Assembly (NCBI GenBank): GCA_965372795.1 | Contig: CBDVDR010000006.1 | Coordinates: 1 to 64,000, forward strand | Origin: an uncultured bacterium | GTDB lineage: Bacteria; Zixibacteria; MSB-5A5; GN15; FEB-12 | Reading direction: 5' to 3' | Length of the DNA stretch: 64,000 bases | Part shown: positions 18,644 through 27,343 of the stretch, one piece after another | Numbering within the stretch: position 1 is the stretch's first letter | Layout: every line of letters begins with the position of its first letter | Translations under genes and position numbers: made by a program | The notes under the pieces: generated by a model | What the model was told of the DNA's origin: nothing | Database searches by the model: none | What the model saw: the letters and a program-made list of their open reading frames with translations, nothing else

Positions 18644-19654
18644 ATGAAAAAACCAAAAGCACATGCAGTAGCCCTATTTTCAGGCGGATTAGATTCTGCG
18701 CTGGCAATATTATTACTTTTAAAACAGGACATAAAAGTTACAGCAATAACTTTTATGACTCATTTCGGGTGTGATCTGGGTGATCGTTCCTCTTGTGGTT
18801 CGAATCCTTATCCGGCAGCGGAAAAATTCGGTTTTGATGTCAAACTGATGCATCTTAGCGACAAATTTATCGAGATTGTAAAAAATCCAAAACACGGACG
18901 TGGCAAAAACATGAACCCATGTACCGATTGTCGTATTTTGATGTTAAGAGAAGCAAAAGACTTAATGGAAATGATTGATGCTGATTTTATTGTAACCGGT
19001 GAAGTTGTTGGACAACGACCAATGTCGCAATTGAGAGAAAAAATCAGGCTGGTTGAGAAAGAATCTGATTTAGTGGGAAAATTACTACGCCCCCTTTGCG
19101 CCAAGTTACTTCCTCAAACCGAGCCGGAATTAAATGGGATGGTAGATCGAGAACAGCTTGAAGGAATTTCAGGACGCAGTCGTAAAAGACAGATAGAACT
19201 TGCCGCAGAGTTAGGCTTGGAAGATTATCCAAATCCTGCTTCCGGTTGTCTTTTGACCGATGATTCCTACTCAAACAGGCTAAGAGACCTTTTATCGCAT
19301 ACCGAGCATATAACATTTAATGATCTAAATTTACTTCGCCTGGGTCGCCATTTCCGGCTGGATAATGAAACCAAAATTATCGTTGGTAAAGATGAAAAAG
19401 ATAATAATTCATTGGAAAACTATATGCAGGAACATCATTTTCACCTTGAAGCTATCGGGATTGGATCTCCTGTGACTCTTTTGATTGGTAATGCCTCAGA
19501 GGAGAATCTGACTAAAGCTGCGATGATTACAGCACGATATAGCGCCGGGAAGAAAAGTGATAAGATAGATGTTTCTTTGGTAGATAAAGATCCGATTAAA
19601 ACTTTTACGGTTGAACCTGTTCAAAAAGAAGAGTTAGATTCCTACCGAATATAA
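18644..19654 (+). CDS. PP-loop tRNA thiolation enzyme (ThiI/MnmA-like) with a C-terminal DUF814/NFACT-R-like domain
   Basis: SGGLDS PP-loop, NPCTDCR, TGEVVGQRPMSQ, PASGCLLTD and GRHFRL motifs. Confidence 0.82.
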   Translation: MKKPKAHAVALFSGGLDSALAILLLLKQDIKVTAITFMTHFGCDLGDRSSCGSNPYPAAEKFGFDVKLMHLSDKFIEIVKNPKHGRGKNMNPCTDCRILMLREAKDLMEMIDADFIVTGEVVGQRPMSQLREKIRLVEKESDLVGKLLRPLCAKLLPQTEPELNGMVDREQLEGISGRSRKRQIELAAELGLEDYPNPASGCLLTDDSYSNRLRDLLSHTEHITFNDLNLLRLGRHFRLDNETKIIVGKDEKDNNSLENYMQEHHFHLEAIGIGSPVTLLIGNASEENLTKAAMITARYSAGKKSDKIDVSLVDKDPIKTFTVEPVQKEELDSYRI

Positions 19655-19656
19655 AT

Positions 19657-19689
19657 GAATAAAGCCTCAAACTTATTGAGGCCTTATTC
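19657..19689 (-). terminator. Intrinsic terminator hairpin; ends the candidate sRNA and may also serve the convergent thiolase gene
   Basis: Minus strand GAATAAGGCCTCAA-taagt-TTGAGGCTTTATTC; the one non-Watson-Crick pair is G:U on the minus strand and A:C on the plus strand. Confidence 0.75.
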
Positions 19690-19784
19690 TGTCCTCACCA
19701 CCGAGATTACAAACAGGCAACCGCCAAATAAACCTGCTTCTTTAAGAAATCGTCACATCAGAATGTGACGACAACTATCGGTAC
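19657..19784 (-). ncRNA. Candidate sigma-54-dependent small RNA (~128 nt)
   Basis: Lies between a -24/-12-like box and a terminator. Contains hairpins TCGTCACAT-tctg-ATGTGACGA and GCAGGT...GCCTGT and a single-stranded GGTGGTGAGG linker. No credible ORF. Confidence 0.6.
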
Positions 19785-19794
19785 TGATATAGTA

Positions 19795-19908
19795 AACAAA
19801 CTTCATGCCAATCTAATAAATCAATTTTCTGCAATACCTTTCAATGAGTTATGAAACTCACTGTTTGGATCTCCCCTTGATTTCGCAATTCTTGCTGTTA
19901 TTGTCGCA
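19795..19908 (-). promoter_or_regulatory. Sigma-54 promoter module: -24/-12 box, IHF-like site, tandem upstream repeats
   Basis: TTGGCATGAAGTTTGTT (GG-N10-GT, 19811-19795); IHF-like TTTCAATGAGTTA (+ strand 19839-19851); TCGCA repeats at 19883 and 19904, 21 bp apart. Confidence 0.6.
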
Positions 19909-19938
19909 GAAAATACTTTTAACTTTTGAAAGAAGAAT

Positions 19939-19966
19939 AAAAAAAACCCCTCTCGAACGAGAGGGG
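19939..19966 (-). terminator. Intrinsic terminator of the cohesin-domain gene
   Basis: CCCCTCTCG-tt-CGAGAGGGG followed by T8 on the minus strand. Confidence 0.85.
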
Positions 19967-20039
19967 CCAAATTTAGACGAAATTAATTGAACAATAAAAA
20001 ATTTGCTTCAACGTAATTCGAAATGATTCTGCGAAGTAT

Positions 20040-20876
20040 TTACTTCAACAACATCATTTTTTTGGTTTGCGAAAAATTCTCCGCAGTTATGCGATAGAAG
20101 TAAATCCCACTGGCACGATCACCAGCATCCCAAGCAATAATATGCTTTCCAGCTTCCATAAGTTCATCACGTAATGTTGTGACTTCCTGTCCAAGTACAT
20201 TATAAACAGAAAGTTTTACATGAGAAGCTTCAGGAAGGGCAAAAGCAATATTAGTAGCAGGATTAAAAGGGTTCGGATAGTTCTGACTTAGTTCATAACT
20301 TTCCGGAACACTTTTAGTACCTAATAAAGATACAGTTACAGATTCAAAATCAATACGATCTTCCGTATCAACATCTGCAGTTACAGTACCAATAGAACGA
20401 ACACCTTCTGAATTAAATTCATGATAGACAAATGTAAGTTCATGATTAGGGTTCTCAGTTGAGATTGCTTCTAATGTAAGCTCATTAAGGGTTTTGTCAT
20501 TAATCTCAAAAACCAGATTGGCAATAACGCCACTTCCAGCTTCAAGGTCCGGTTTAGCTGCCGGTGTCATTTGAGGCAGTAATCCGATAACGACAGTGTT
20601 TTCCTCATTGTTGATATTCGCAATCTTGAGGTCGAAATACTCAACGCGAGTATTAATAAAATTGACTTCCATAAGAGTAACACCTTCTGAAAATTTCAGA
20701 GGGATATCCAATGCTGTTAAATTAGCACGGTTTGTTATTTCTAAAGGAACTACGACCAGATTGTCTCCACTGCTAACAGCTTTGGCAGCACCAAAACTAT
20801 TAGTCCCGGCAAAAACAAATGAGGGCATAAGTAATAGAGCGATAATTACCGCTATAATGTGGAAATGTTTTCTCAA
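20040..20876 (-). CDS. Secreted cohesin-like protein with a C-terminal FlgD-Ig/T9SS-type sorting domain
   Basis: Signal peptide; cohesin-like VVPLEITN...LDIPLKF...GSGVIANLVF; C-terminal YELSQNYPNPFNPATNIAFALP...SGIYFYRI...KKMMLLK; GGAGG SD before the TTG start. Confidence 0.8.
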   Translation of the reverse strand: MRKHFHIIAVIIALLLMPSFVFAGTNSFGAAKAVSSGDNLVVVPLEITNRANLTALDIPLKFSEGVTLMEVNFINTRVEYFDLKIANINNEENTVVIGLLPQMTPAAKPDLEAGSGVIANLVFEINDKTLNELTLEAISTENPNHELTFVYHEFNSEGVRSIGTVTADVDTEDRIDFESVTVSLLGTKSVPESYELSQNYPNPFNPATNIAFALPEASHVKLSVYNVLGQEVTTLRDELMEAGKHIIAWDAGDRASGIYFYRITAENFSQTKKMMLLK

Positions 20877-21345
20877 AATCCACCTCCATACGGCTGAAGT
20901 TAATTTGTTCCGATTGAATAGAACAATTCCTTTGTTCCAATATCAACCATTTTCTTATTTAGTAATACCAATTACAAATTATTCGTAAAAATGATTCCCC
21001 GACGTGAATACCTAAGTCCGTCAAAACAAGGGTTTGCCCTAACCCTACTTCAATAACGCTTCAACAACAAATTTTGTCAAGTAAATTATTGTCTCCTATT
21101 GGTTATCGGGAATTTTAAATATCTCAATGTGATTAAATAATTTCAATAAACTTTCCTAACTCTTTTACAATGTTTTAGTTAAATAAGTTCCCATAAAACA
21201 AATATTTCTTCATTCTTTAAAAAGCAATTATTGCGATCTTGTTTATTAGTCGCATTTAGGTTGAGAATCTTACAGTAATTGTTGACATATTTTCGCATTC
21301 TGATAACTTGTCGTGATATAATATTCATCAACATTTGGAGGAAAC

Positions 21346-23325
21346 GTGGCAGAATCCAGACAAAATGACACTTTTAAACCTGTAATTCCAGCTGAGACCA
21401 TTGTAGCTGAAGTTACCTGGAAAGCGATTTTTCTTGGAATAATCATTTCCGTCCTTTTTGGTGTAGCCAACGCCTATTTGGGCTTAAAATTTGGCATGAC
21501 AGTATCTGCATCAATCCCGGCAGCTGTTATTTCAATGGCAGTTTTACGGTTATTGTTTAAAAAAGTAACAGTGCTTGAGAATAACATTGTCCAAACTGTT
21601 GGTTCAGCCGGTGAATCATTAGCCGCCGGAATTATTTTTACTATTCCAGCCTTTTTTATCTGGTCTGCAAATCAGGAACTTGCCGCAGCCGGATATTTCC
21701 ATGAAGTTTCCAAAATTCAAATATTCTGGCTTTCGATGCTTGGCGGATCACTTGGGATTCTGTTGATGATCCCGCTTAGAAAATACCTTGTCGAACAAGA
21801 ACATGGCAAACTTGCCTTCCCGGAAGGAACCGCCTGTGCGGAAATTATTGTAGCGGGCGATGAAGGCGGCAATAAAGCTAAATTGGTTTTCACCGGAATT
21901 GGATTGGGAGCCTTATATAAAATATCAATGAACATGCTAAGAACATGGTCTGAATCTGTCAATTATGATTTTAAAGGAGTTCTAAAGGGCGGTACTATCG
22001 GAATAGATGCTACTCCGGCATTATTAGGAGTGGGTTATATTATAGGACCACGTATCGCCGGTTTGATGATGGGTGGAGCTGTTTTAGGATATCTTGGAAT
22101 AGGACCCTTACTTGCTTTTATCGGCGAGCAGATCCCTGGAGTTGTAATATCACCGGGTGTAATGCCATTAAGTGAAATGGACTCGGGAGAATTAAGAAAT
22201 TCTTATATTAAATATTTGGGTGTTGGGGCGGTCGCATTAGGCGGGTTTGTTTCGTTGATTAAATCTTTTCCAATTATTATATCATCATTCAGAAAAGGTT
22301 TCGGGCAATTATTTGGAAAAGGTACCGAAACAGCTGTTGCAAGAACGGACAAAGACCTGTCAATGAAATGGGTCCTTTTAGGAGTTCTTGGTATAATTAT
22401 CGCTATTTGGATACTACCCGGAACTGAACTTCATTTTCTTGGGGTAGTTCTGGCGGTCTTGTTTGGATTCTTCTTTGTAGTTGTCGGCGCACGAATTGTA
22501 GGAATTGTCGGTTCGTCATCATCGCCTGTATCCGGGATGACTATCGCAACATTATTAGTCACCTGCTTACTACTGCTTTATTTTGGAGTATCCGGAATTA
22601 AAGGAATGATTACAGCCATGTCAGTTGGCACGATTGTTTGTATCGCTGTTTGTATGTCAGGTGATATTGCACAGGATTTGAAAACGGGGTATTTACTGGG
22701 AGCAACTCCTTTTAAACAACAGCTAACCGAATTTATTGGTCTGTTCTTCCCTGCTATAGCGATGGGATTTACTATTTACTTCCTGAATGAATCATTTGGT
22801 TTTGTCGAGGGCGCAACCGGACGCACACCTTTACTGGCTCCTCAGGCAAATGTTATGGCAACTGTTGTTCAGGGTGTTATGAATCAAAACCTTCCCTGGG
22901 CACCGATCCTTGTTGGCGGATTCATTGCTTTGGCCGTTGAGTTTTTAGGTATATCATCACTTCCGTTTGCAATCGGACTTTACTTACCGTTATCGCTTTC
23001 CACACCAATAATGGCGGGCGGATTGATTTCGATGTTAATTAAAAGAATGTCTAAAAAAGAAGATGAAAAGAAAACCAACGAACAAGGAATATTATTCTCA
23101 TCCGGACTGGTTGCCGGTGACGCCTTGATTGGCGTACTGGTCGCATTTATGATTGGATCCTGGATTTCTTATGCTGATTTCTATGATGGACATGAAGGCA
23201 TGATGAATACATTAACCGGTAGTTTTGGTCCCTGGGCATCGTTAATTATGTTTACCCTGTTGGCGATGATTTTAGGTCATCTTGCCTATCGTGGTTTTAA
23301 ATCGAAGGATTCAACGGATCAGTAG
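21346..23325 (+). CDS. OPT family oligopeptide transporter
   Basis: NAYLGLKFGMTVSASIPAAVIS, ENNIVQT, FPEGTACAE, QDLKTG and APQA motifs; GGAGG SD before the GTG start. Confidence 0.92.
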   Translation: MAESRQNDTFKPVIPAETIVAEVTWKAIFLGIIISVLFGVANAYLGLKFGMTVSASIPAAVISMAVLRLLFKKVTVLENNIVQTVGSAGESLAAGIIFTIPAFFIWSANQELAAAGYFHEVSKIQIFWLSMLGGSLGILLMIPLRKYLVEQEHGKLAFPEGTACAEIIVAGDEGGNKAKLVFTGIGLGALYKISMNMLRTWSESVNYDFKGVLKGGTIGIDATPALLGVGYIIGPRIAGLMMGGAVLGYLGIGPLLAFIGEQIPGVVISPGVMPLSEMDSGELRNSYIKYLGVGAVALGGFVSLIKSFPIIISSFRKGFGQLFGKGTETAVARTDKDLSMKWVLLGVLGIIIAIWILPGTELHFLGVVLAVLFGFFFVVVGARIVGIVGSSSSPVSGMTIATLLVTCLLLLYFGVSGIKGMITAMSVGTIVCIAVCMSGDIAQDLKTGYLLGATPFKQQLTEFIGLFFPAIAMGFTIYFLNESFGFVEGATGRTPLLAPQANVMATVVQGVMNQNLPWAPILVGGFIALAVEFLGISSLPFAIGLYLPLSLSTPIMAGGLISMLIKRMSKKEDEKKTNEQGILFSSGLVAGDALIGVLVAFMIGSWISYADFYDGHEGMMNTLTGSFGPWASLIMFTLLAMILGHLAYRGFKSKDSTDQ

Positions 23326-25496
23326 TGAAAGAAAGTTTTAAAAATAATAAAGGGTTAATAATAGTCTGTGTGACCGCGTTATTAACCCGTTTAATCTATT
23401 TGTTTGAATTAAGCGCCGATCCCGGTTTTTCAATGCCTATGATTGATGAAAAATGGCATTGGTTGTGGGCTAAAGATATTATTGAGAATTCTTTTTGGGG
23501 TGAAGGCTCATATTTTCGAGCGCCATTATATCCCTACTTGTTAGCATTTCTTGCAAAGGTTACCGGCTATTCGGTATTATTAAGTAAAATCATTCAATCA
23601 TTTATAGTCACCGGAACAGTTTTCTTCCTTTATAAACTAACCAAGCATCTGTTTAATTCAAAGGCTGCTACTATCGCAGGTTTCATGTATGCGTTTTACG
23701 GAACTTTGGTTTTTTATGAAACAATGTTTCTTATTCCGGTTTTGTTTTTATTCTTTCTTGTCTGGGGGATGTACCGATTCGTAAAATATCAGGACAGTTT
23801 ATCTGTTGCAACCTGGATTTTAACCGGGTTGATTTTCGGACTGTCAGCTATTTCACGACCTAATATTTTAATCGTAATGCCCTTTTTGGCGTTGTGGTTG
23901 ATGTGGCATCATCGTCTGAAAACTAAATCATTTCTTAAGCAATTGAAGATGCCGGTTATTCTGGCAATTGGTGTAATAATAGCCATTGCTCCGGTAACGG
24001 TTAGAAATCTTATCGTGACCGGTGATTTCACACTAATATCATCTCAAGGCGGCATTAATTTCTATCTTGGAAATAATCCCGAAGCAACCGGTTTGTCGAT
24101 GAATATGCCGGAAGTCAATTTGAACGAATCTGTAACCTGGCGGCATTTCCTTAATGCCACAACAGCAGCGGCAGAAAAAGCAACCGGCAGAAATTTAAGC
24201 GATAACGAAGCTTCGTCATATTGGAATGGCAAGGCAATTGATTTCATCACCGACAATCCCGGAATGTTTGCCGGATTGTTATGGAAGAAATCAGTATATC
24301 TTTTAAATGGATTTGAAAACAGTGATAATGGTGATCTCTATTTTCAACGCAAGAAATCGAAACTTTATTCTCTCCTGCTTTGGAAAGTCGATAACGTAAT
24401 TTCATTCCCCTATGGTTTTCTAATTCCACTGTTTATATTTGGCTTGATAGTTACCAAAGAATATTCAAAACGATTAATTCCTATTTATATATTCATGCTC
24501 GCCTATATTCCATCGATTATTTTATTTTTGGTAACAGCCCGTCACCGGTTGCCATTAGTATTATTTATGATAATGATCTCAGCGGCCGGCATAGAAATTA
24601 TAATCAGGAAGCGTAAAGAAATACCGATTAAAAAATATTTGATTCCTATTAGTGTCGGCTTGGCAGCCCTGGTCTTGGTCAATCAACCTTATTATAATCT
24701 TGGTTATTCCAATGAATTCCAAAGTCTTTATCATGAGGGTATTCAGCATTTTAAGTTAAAGGATTACCCAAAAGCTGAAAAATCATATATTTTAGCTGAT
24801 CAAGCCTACCCTTATTCAGGTCCGCTCCTTAACAATCTTGGCTATACTCAATTTATCATGGGGAAATTTGCAGCTTCTGAAGAAAACTATAAAAGAGCAA
24901 TAGAGGTTGATCCTGATTTTTCAAAAACATATAACAATTATGGAATACTGCTGGCAAAAAAAGGCTTGCATGATGATGCAATTATTAATTATAAAATGGC
25001 TGTATCAAAATTTGATTCCTCAAAGACACCGATGATTGAATATGCCCAATACTTTATAAATCTTGGTGATGTTTATTTAAAGGCGCAAAAATTTGATTCA
25101 GCTGGTTTATCATATGAGGCTGCGATTAGTGTTGCGCCTGAGTCGGGAATTGCCTTTATAAAAGCAGCCACGTATTATGCAGGACGGGGTGAATCGGACA
25201 AGAGTGATTCACTTTTTGCATTAAGCACACAAAAGGTTGTTTTAAAATCGTTAGATTATCTAAATTGGGGACTCGTGGTATTATCAAAAAAAGATTACGA
25301 ACGCGGGATAGATTTAATGCAGCAGGCAATCGTTCTTGACCAGAAATATTACCAGGCGTATTATTGTATAAGTCGAGCCTACAAGGAACAGGGTGCGGTC
25401 CGCGATTCTTCATTAAAATACGTTAATCAATGCCTAAACATTAATCCATATTTTGAACCGGCGATTAATTTGAAAACTGAGATTCTGGGGGATTAG
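23325..25496 (+). CDS. GT-C (PMT/ArnT-like, GT39-type) membrane glycosyltransferase with C-terminal TPRs
   Basis: DE acidic pair in the first loop (MIDEKWH), FRAPLYPY, RPN, GGINFYLGNNP, and TPR repeats; start overlaps the OPT stop (TAGTG). Confidence 0.78.
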   Translation: MKESFKNNKGLIIVCVTALLTRLIYLFELSADPGFSMPMIDEKWHWLWAKDIIENSFWGEGSYFRAPLYPYLLAFLAKVTGYSVLLSKIIQSFIVTGTVFFLYKLTKHLFNSKAATIAGFMYAFYGTLVFYETMFLIPVLFLFFLVWGMYRFVKYQDSLSVATWILTGLIFGLSAISRPNILIVMPFLALWLMWHHRLKTKSFLKQLKMPVILAIGVIIAIAPVTVRNLIVTGDFTLISSQGGINFYLGNNPEATGLSMNMPEVNLNESVTWRHFLNATTAAAEKATGRNLSDNEASSYWNGKAIDFITDNPGMFAGLLWKKSVYLLNGFENSDNGDLYFQRKKSKLYSLLLWKVDNVISFPYGFLIPLFIFGLIVTKEYSKRLIPIYIFMLAYIPSIILFLVTARHRLPLVLFMIMISAAGIEIIIRKRKEIPIKKYLIPISVGLAALVLVNQPYYNLGYSNEFQSLYHEGIQHFKLKDYPKAEKSYILADQAYPYSGPLLNNLGYTQFIMGKFAASEENYKRAIEVDPDFSKTYNNYGILLAKKGLHDDAIINYKMAVSKFDSSKTPMIEYAQYFINLGDVYLKAQKFDSAGLSYEAAISVAPESGIAFIKAATYYAGRGESDKSDSLFALSTQKVVLKSLDYLNWGLVVLSKKDYERGIDLMQQAIVLDQKYYQAYYCISRAYKEQGAVRDSSLKYVNQCLNINPYFEPAINLKTEILGD

Positions 25497-26494
25497 TATT
25501 TCTGTCGGCGTTCGATCATGTAATTCGAGCCTTCTTTCATTTTAACCGCTTGTTTCAAGTCAGCCAACATATGAGACAGCTCGCCCATATGTTCAAAAGT
25601 ACGCTCGGTGTTAAATATTACTGCAATAGAAATAGTTAAAAGTGGGAATCTTTCGTTTTGTCCTTTTCGGTTGACGGAGTTGATGTAACCTCGTTCTCGA
25701 TCTTCTTCTTTGTAACGATAAGGTATAATTTTATCAAAGGTATTAATAATTCCCGAGCAAATTTCATCGACCTGTTCAATCGGGATTGTATAGATAAAAT
25801 CATCCCCGGCAATATGGCCGACAAATCCTTCCCGGCACAAATCGAACACCGTATCTTTGATAATTCTTGATGTCAGTTTGATAATTTTATCGCCGTAGTA
25901 ATAACCGTAATAATCATTGAAGGCTTTAAAATTATCAAGATCAGCATAACAAATTGCAAATTCGGCACCCATCTCAAGTTGGCGCATAATTTCGTCTTCA
26001 ATAATATTTGTTCCCGGAAGCTGGGTGGAACCATTTATAGAAAGATCCCGGCGGTTTCGTTCGATAGCTTTTTCAATTCTTACCTGGACTAATCGATCAA
26101 TCCATTCACCGTAAATAAATTCCTCTACTCCGTTTTCATAAGCGGAAACAACTTCATTCTGAGTTGGGTCAGGATGGTATAAAATTACAGGAATTATCGA
26201 AAGAAAAACATTCTGCTTGATAGTGTGGATTAAGCTTAACTCTATTTCATTTTCTACGCCTGACCCCATGACAATAGCATCAACGGTGAAACGCTGACAG
26301 ATTCTAACCAATGATTCAAAATCTTCGAAGAAATGAAAAGTTACTTTTTTATCGTAGAAGAATTTTTCAAAATAGAATTCGAGGCTGACACCATTTTGTT
26401 TTAAAGCAAAATGATAGTCGGTAGTTTTACGTAGTTCCCCTTCTTTTGGACCCGGCCAATTCTCGAGGATGATATTTTTTGTGTTCTGCAACAA
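25493..26494 (-). CDS. Degenerate receiver-like domain plus GGDEF-family diguanylate cyclase (AGDDF motif); start uncertain
   Basis: TQLPG, YADLDNFKAFNDYYGYYYGD, GHIAGDDF. The nearest in-frame starts that keep the N-domain are TTG 26494/26491, inside xerD. Confidence 0.75.
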   Translation of the reverse strand: MLQNTKNIILENWPGPKEGELRKTTDYHFALKQNGVSLEFYFEKFFYDKKVTFHFFEDFESLVRICQRFTVDAIVMGSGVENEIELSLIHTIKQNVFLSIIPVILYHPDPTQNEVVSAYENGVEEFIYGEWIDRLVQVRIEKAIERNRRDLSINGSTQLPGTNIIEDEIMRQLEMGAEFAICYADLDNFKAFNDYYGYYYGDKIIKLTSRIIKDTVFDLCREGFVGHIAGDDFIYTIPIEQVDEICSGIINTFDKIIPYRYKEEDRERGYINSVNRKGQNERFPLLTISIAVIFNTERTFEHMGELSHMLADLKQAVKMKEGSNYMIERRQKY

Positions 26495-27341
26495 TGTAAT
26501 CTCGGTCAACTTTCGTATAAATTTGTGTAGTAGATATATCGGCATGACCAAGCATTTCTTGCACTACTCTTAAATCTGCTCCTCCTTCCAATAAATGAGT
26601 CGCAAATGAATGTCTGAAAGTATGGGGCGAGACATCTTTTGTAATACCTGCTTTTAGAACTCTCTTTTTGATGATTTTCCAAAGTCCCACCCTTGAGAAT
26701 TTTTCTCCTATTTTGTTGCTAAATAAGTACTTACTGTTGTTGCTTAGAGGGCTTGGATTTTCTGAGGCGAGGTATAAATCGACAGCTTGATGAGCAAATT
26801 CACCCATCGGGACCAGTCGCTGTTTATTACCTTTGCCGGTGACCTTGATAAATCCGGCCTCAAATTCAATATCGGCAAGTTTTAGACTTATAAGTTCTGA
26901 TATTCTTAAGCCACTGCCATAGAGAAGCTCAATCATAGCTTTGTCTCTTTTTCCCATGAAATTAGTAATTTCAATTTGGTTGAGAATTAAGTTAATTTCT
27001 TCGGGTGAGAGATATGGTGGATGATAGCGGGCTATTTTAGGTGCTGAGAAGGCTTTTAAAAGGTTTTCTTTCACCTTTCCGTTTTCATGGAGATATTTAA
27101 AAAACTGTTTAAGGCTCGATAATTTTCGGGCAATAGAGCTTGGTTTTCGACCCAGATTAGTGAGTTGTCCGATATATTTTGTAAATGACGAACTGGTGAT
27201 AGTTTTTAAACTTTTAACAGAAGAGACTTTTAAGAACTCATTTAAATCCCGTTTATAGGATTGAATCGAATTTTCAGCGAGTCCTCTTTCAAGTTTCAAG
27301 TGCTGAAGATAGTCTTGTAAATAAATCTCTATCTCGTTCAT
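26427..27341 (-). CDS. xerD: Site-specific tyrosine recombinase XerD
   Basis: LKLERGLAENSIQSYKRDL, RDKAMIELLYGSGLRISEL, GKGNKQRLVP, SPHTFRHSFATHLLEGGADLRVVQEMLGHADISTTQIY, HPR. Confidence 0.92.
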   Translation of the reverse strand: MNEIEIYLQDYLQHLKLERGLAENSIQSYKRDLNEFLKVSSVKSLKTITSSSFTKYIGQLTNLGRKPSSIARKLSSLKQFFKYLHENGKVKENLLKAFSAPKIARYHPPYLSPEEINLILNQIEITNFMGKRDKAMIELLYGSGLRISELISLKLADIEFEAGFIKVTGKGNKQRLVPMGEFAHQAVDLYLASENPSPLSNNSKYLFSNKIGEKFSRVGLWKIIKKRVLKAGITKDVSPHTFRHSFATHLLEGGADLRVVQEMLGHADISTTQIYTKVDRDYIVAEHKKYHPRELAGSKRRGTT

Positions 27342-27343
27342 AA

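Noticed and set aside
20990..21050. c-di-GMP-I riboswitch suggested by GGGCAAACC
   Set aside because: The GNRA tetraloop/receptor and downstream conserved elements were not found; kept only as a generic structured leader.
25880..25960. Hypr-type (cGAMP-producing) GGDEF
   Set aside because: The specificity position keeps Asp (YYYGD), not Ser or Thr.
26427..27341. Tyrosine recombinase as a prophage or island integrase
   Set aside because: The sequence is typical housekeeping XerD, and no att sites or phage genes are nearby.
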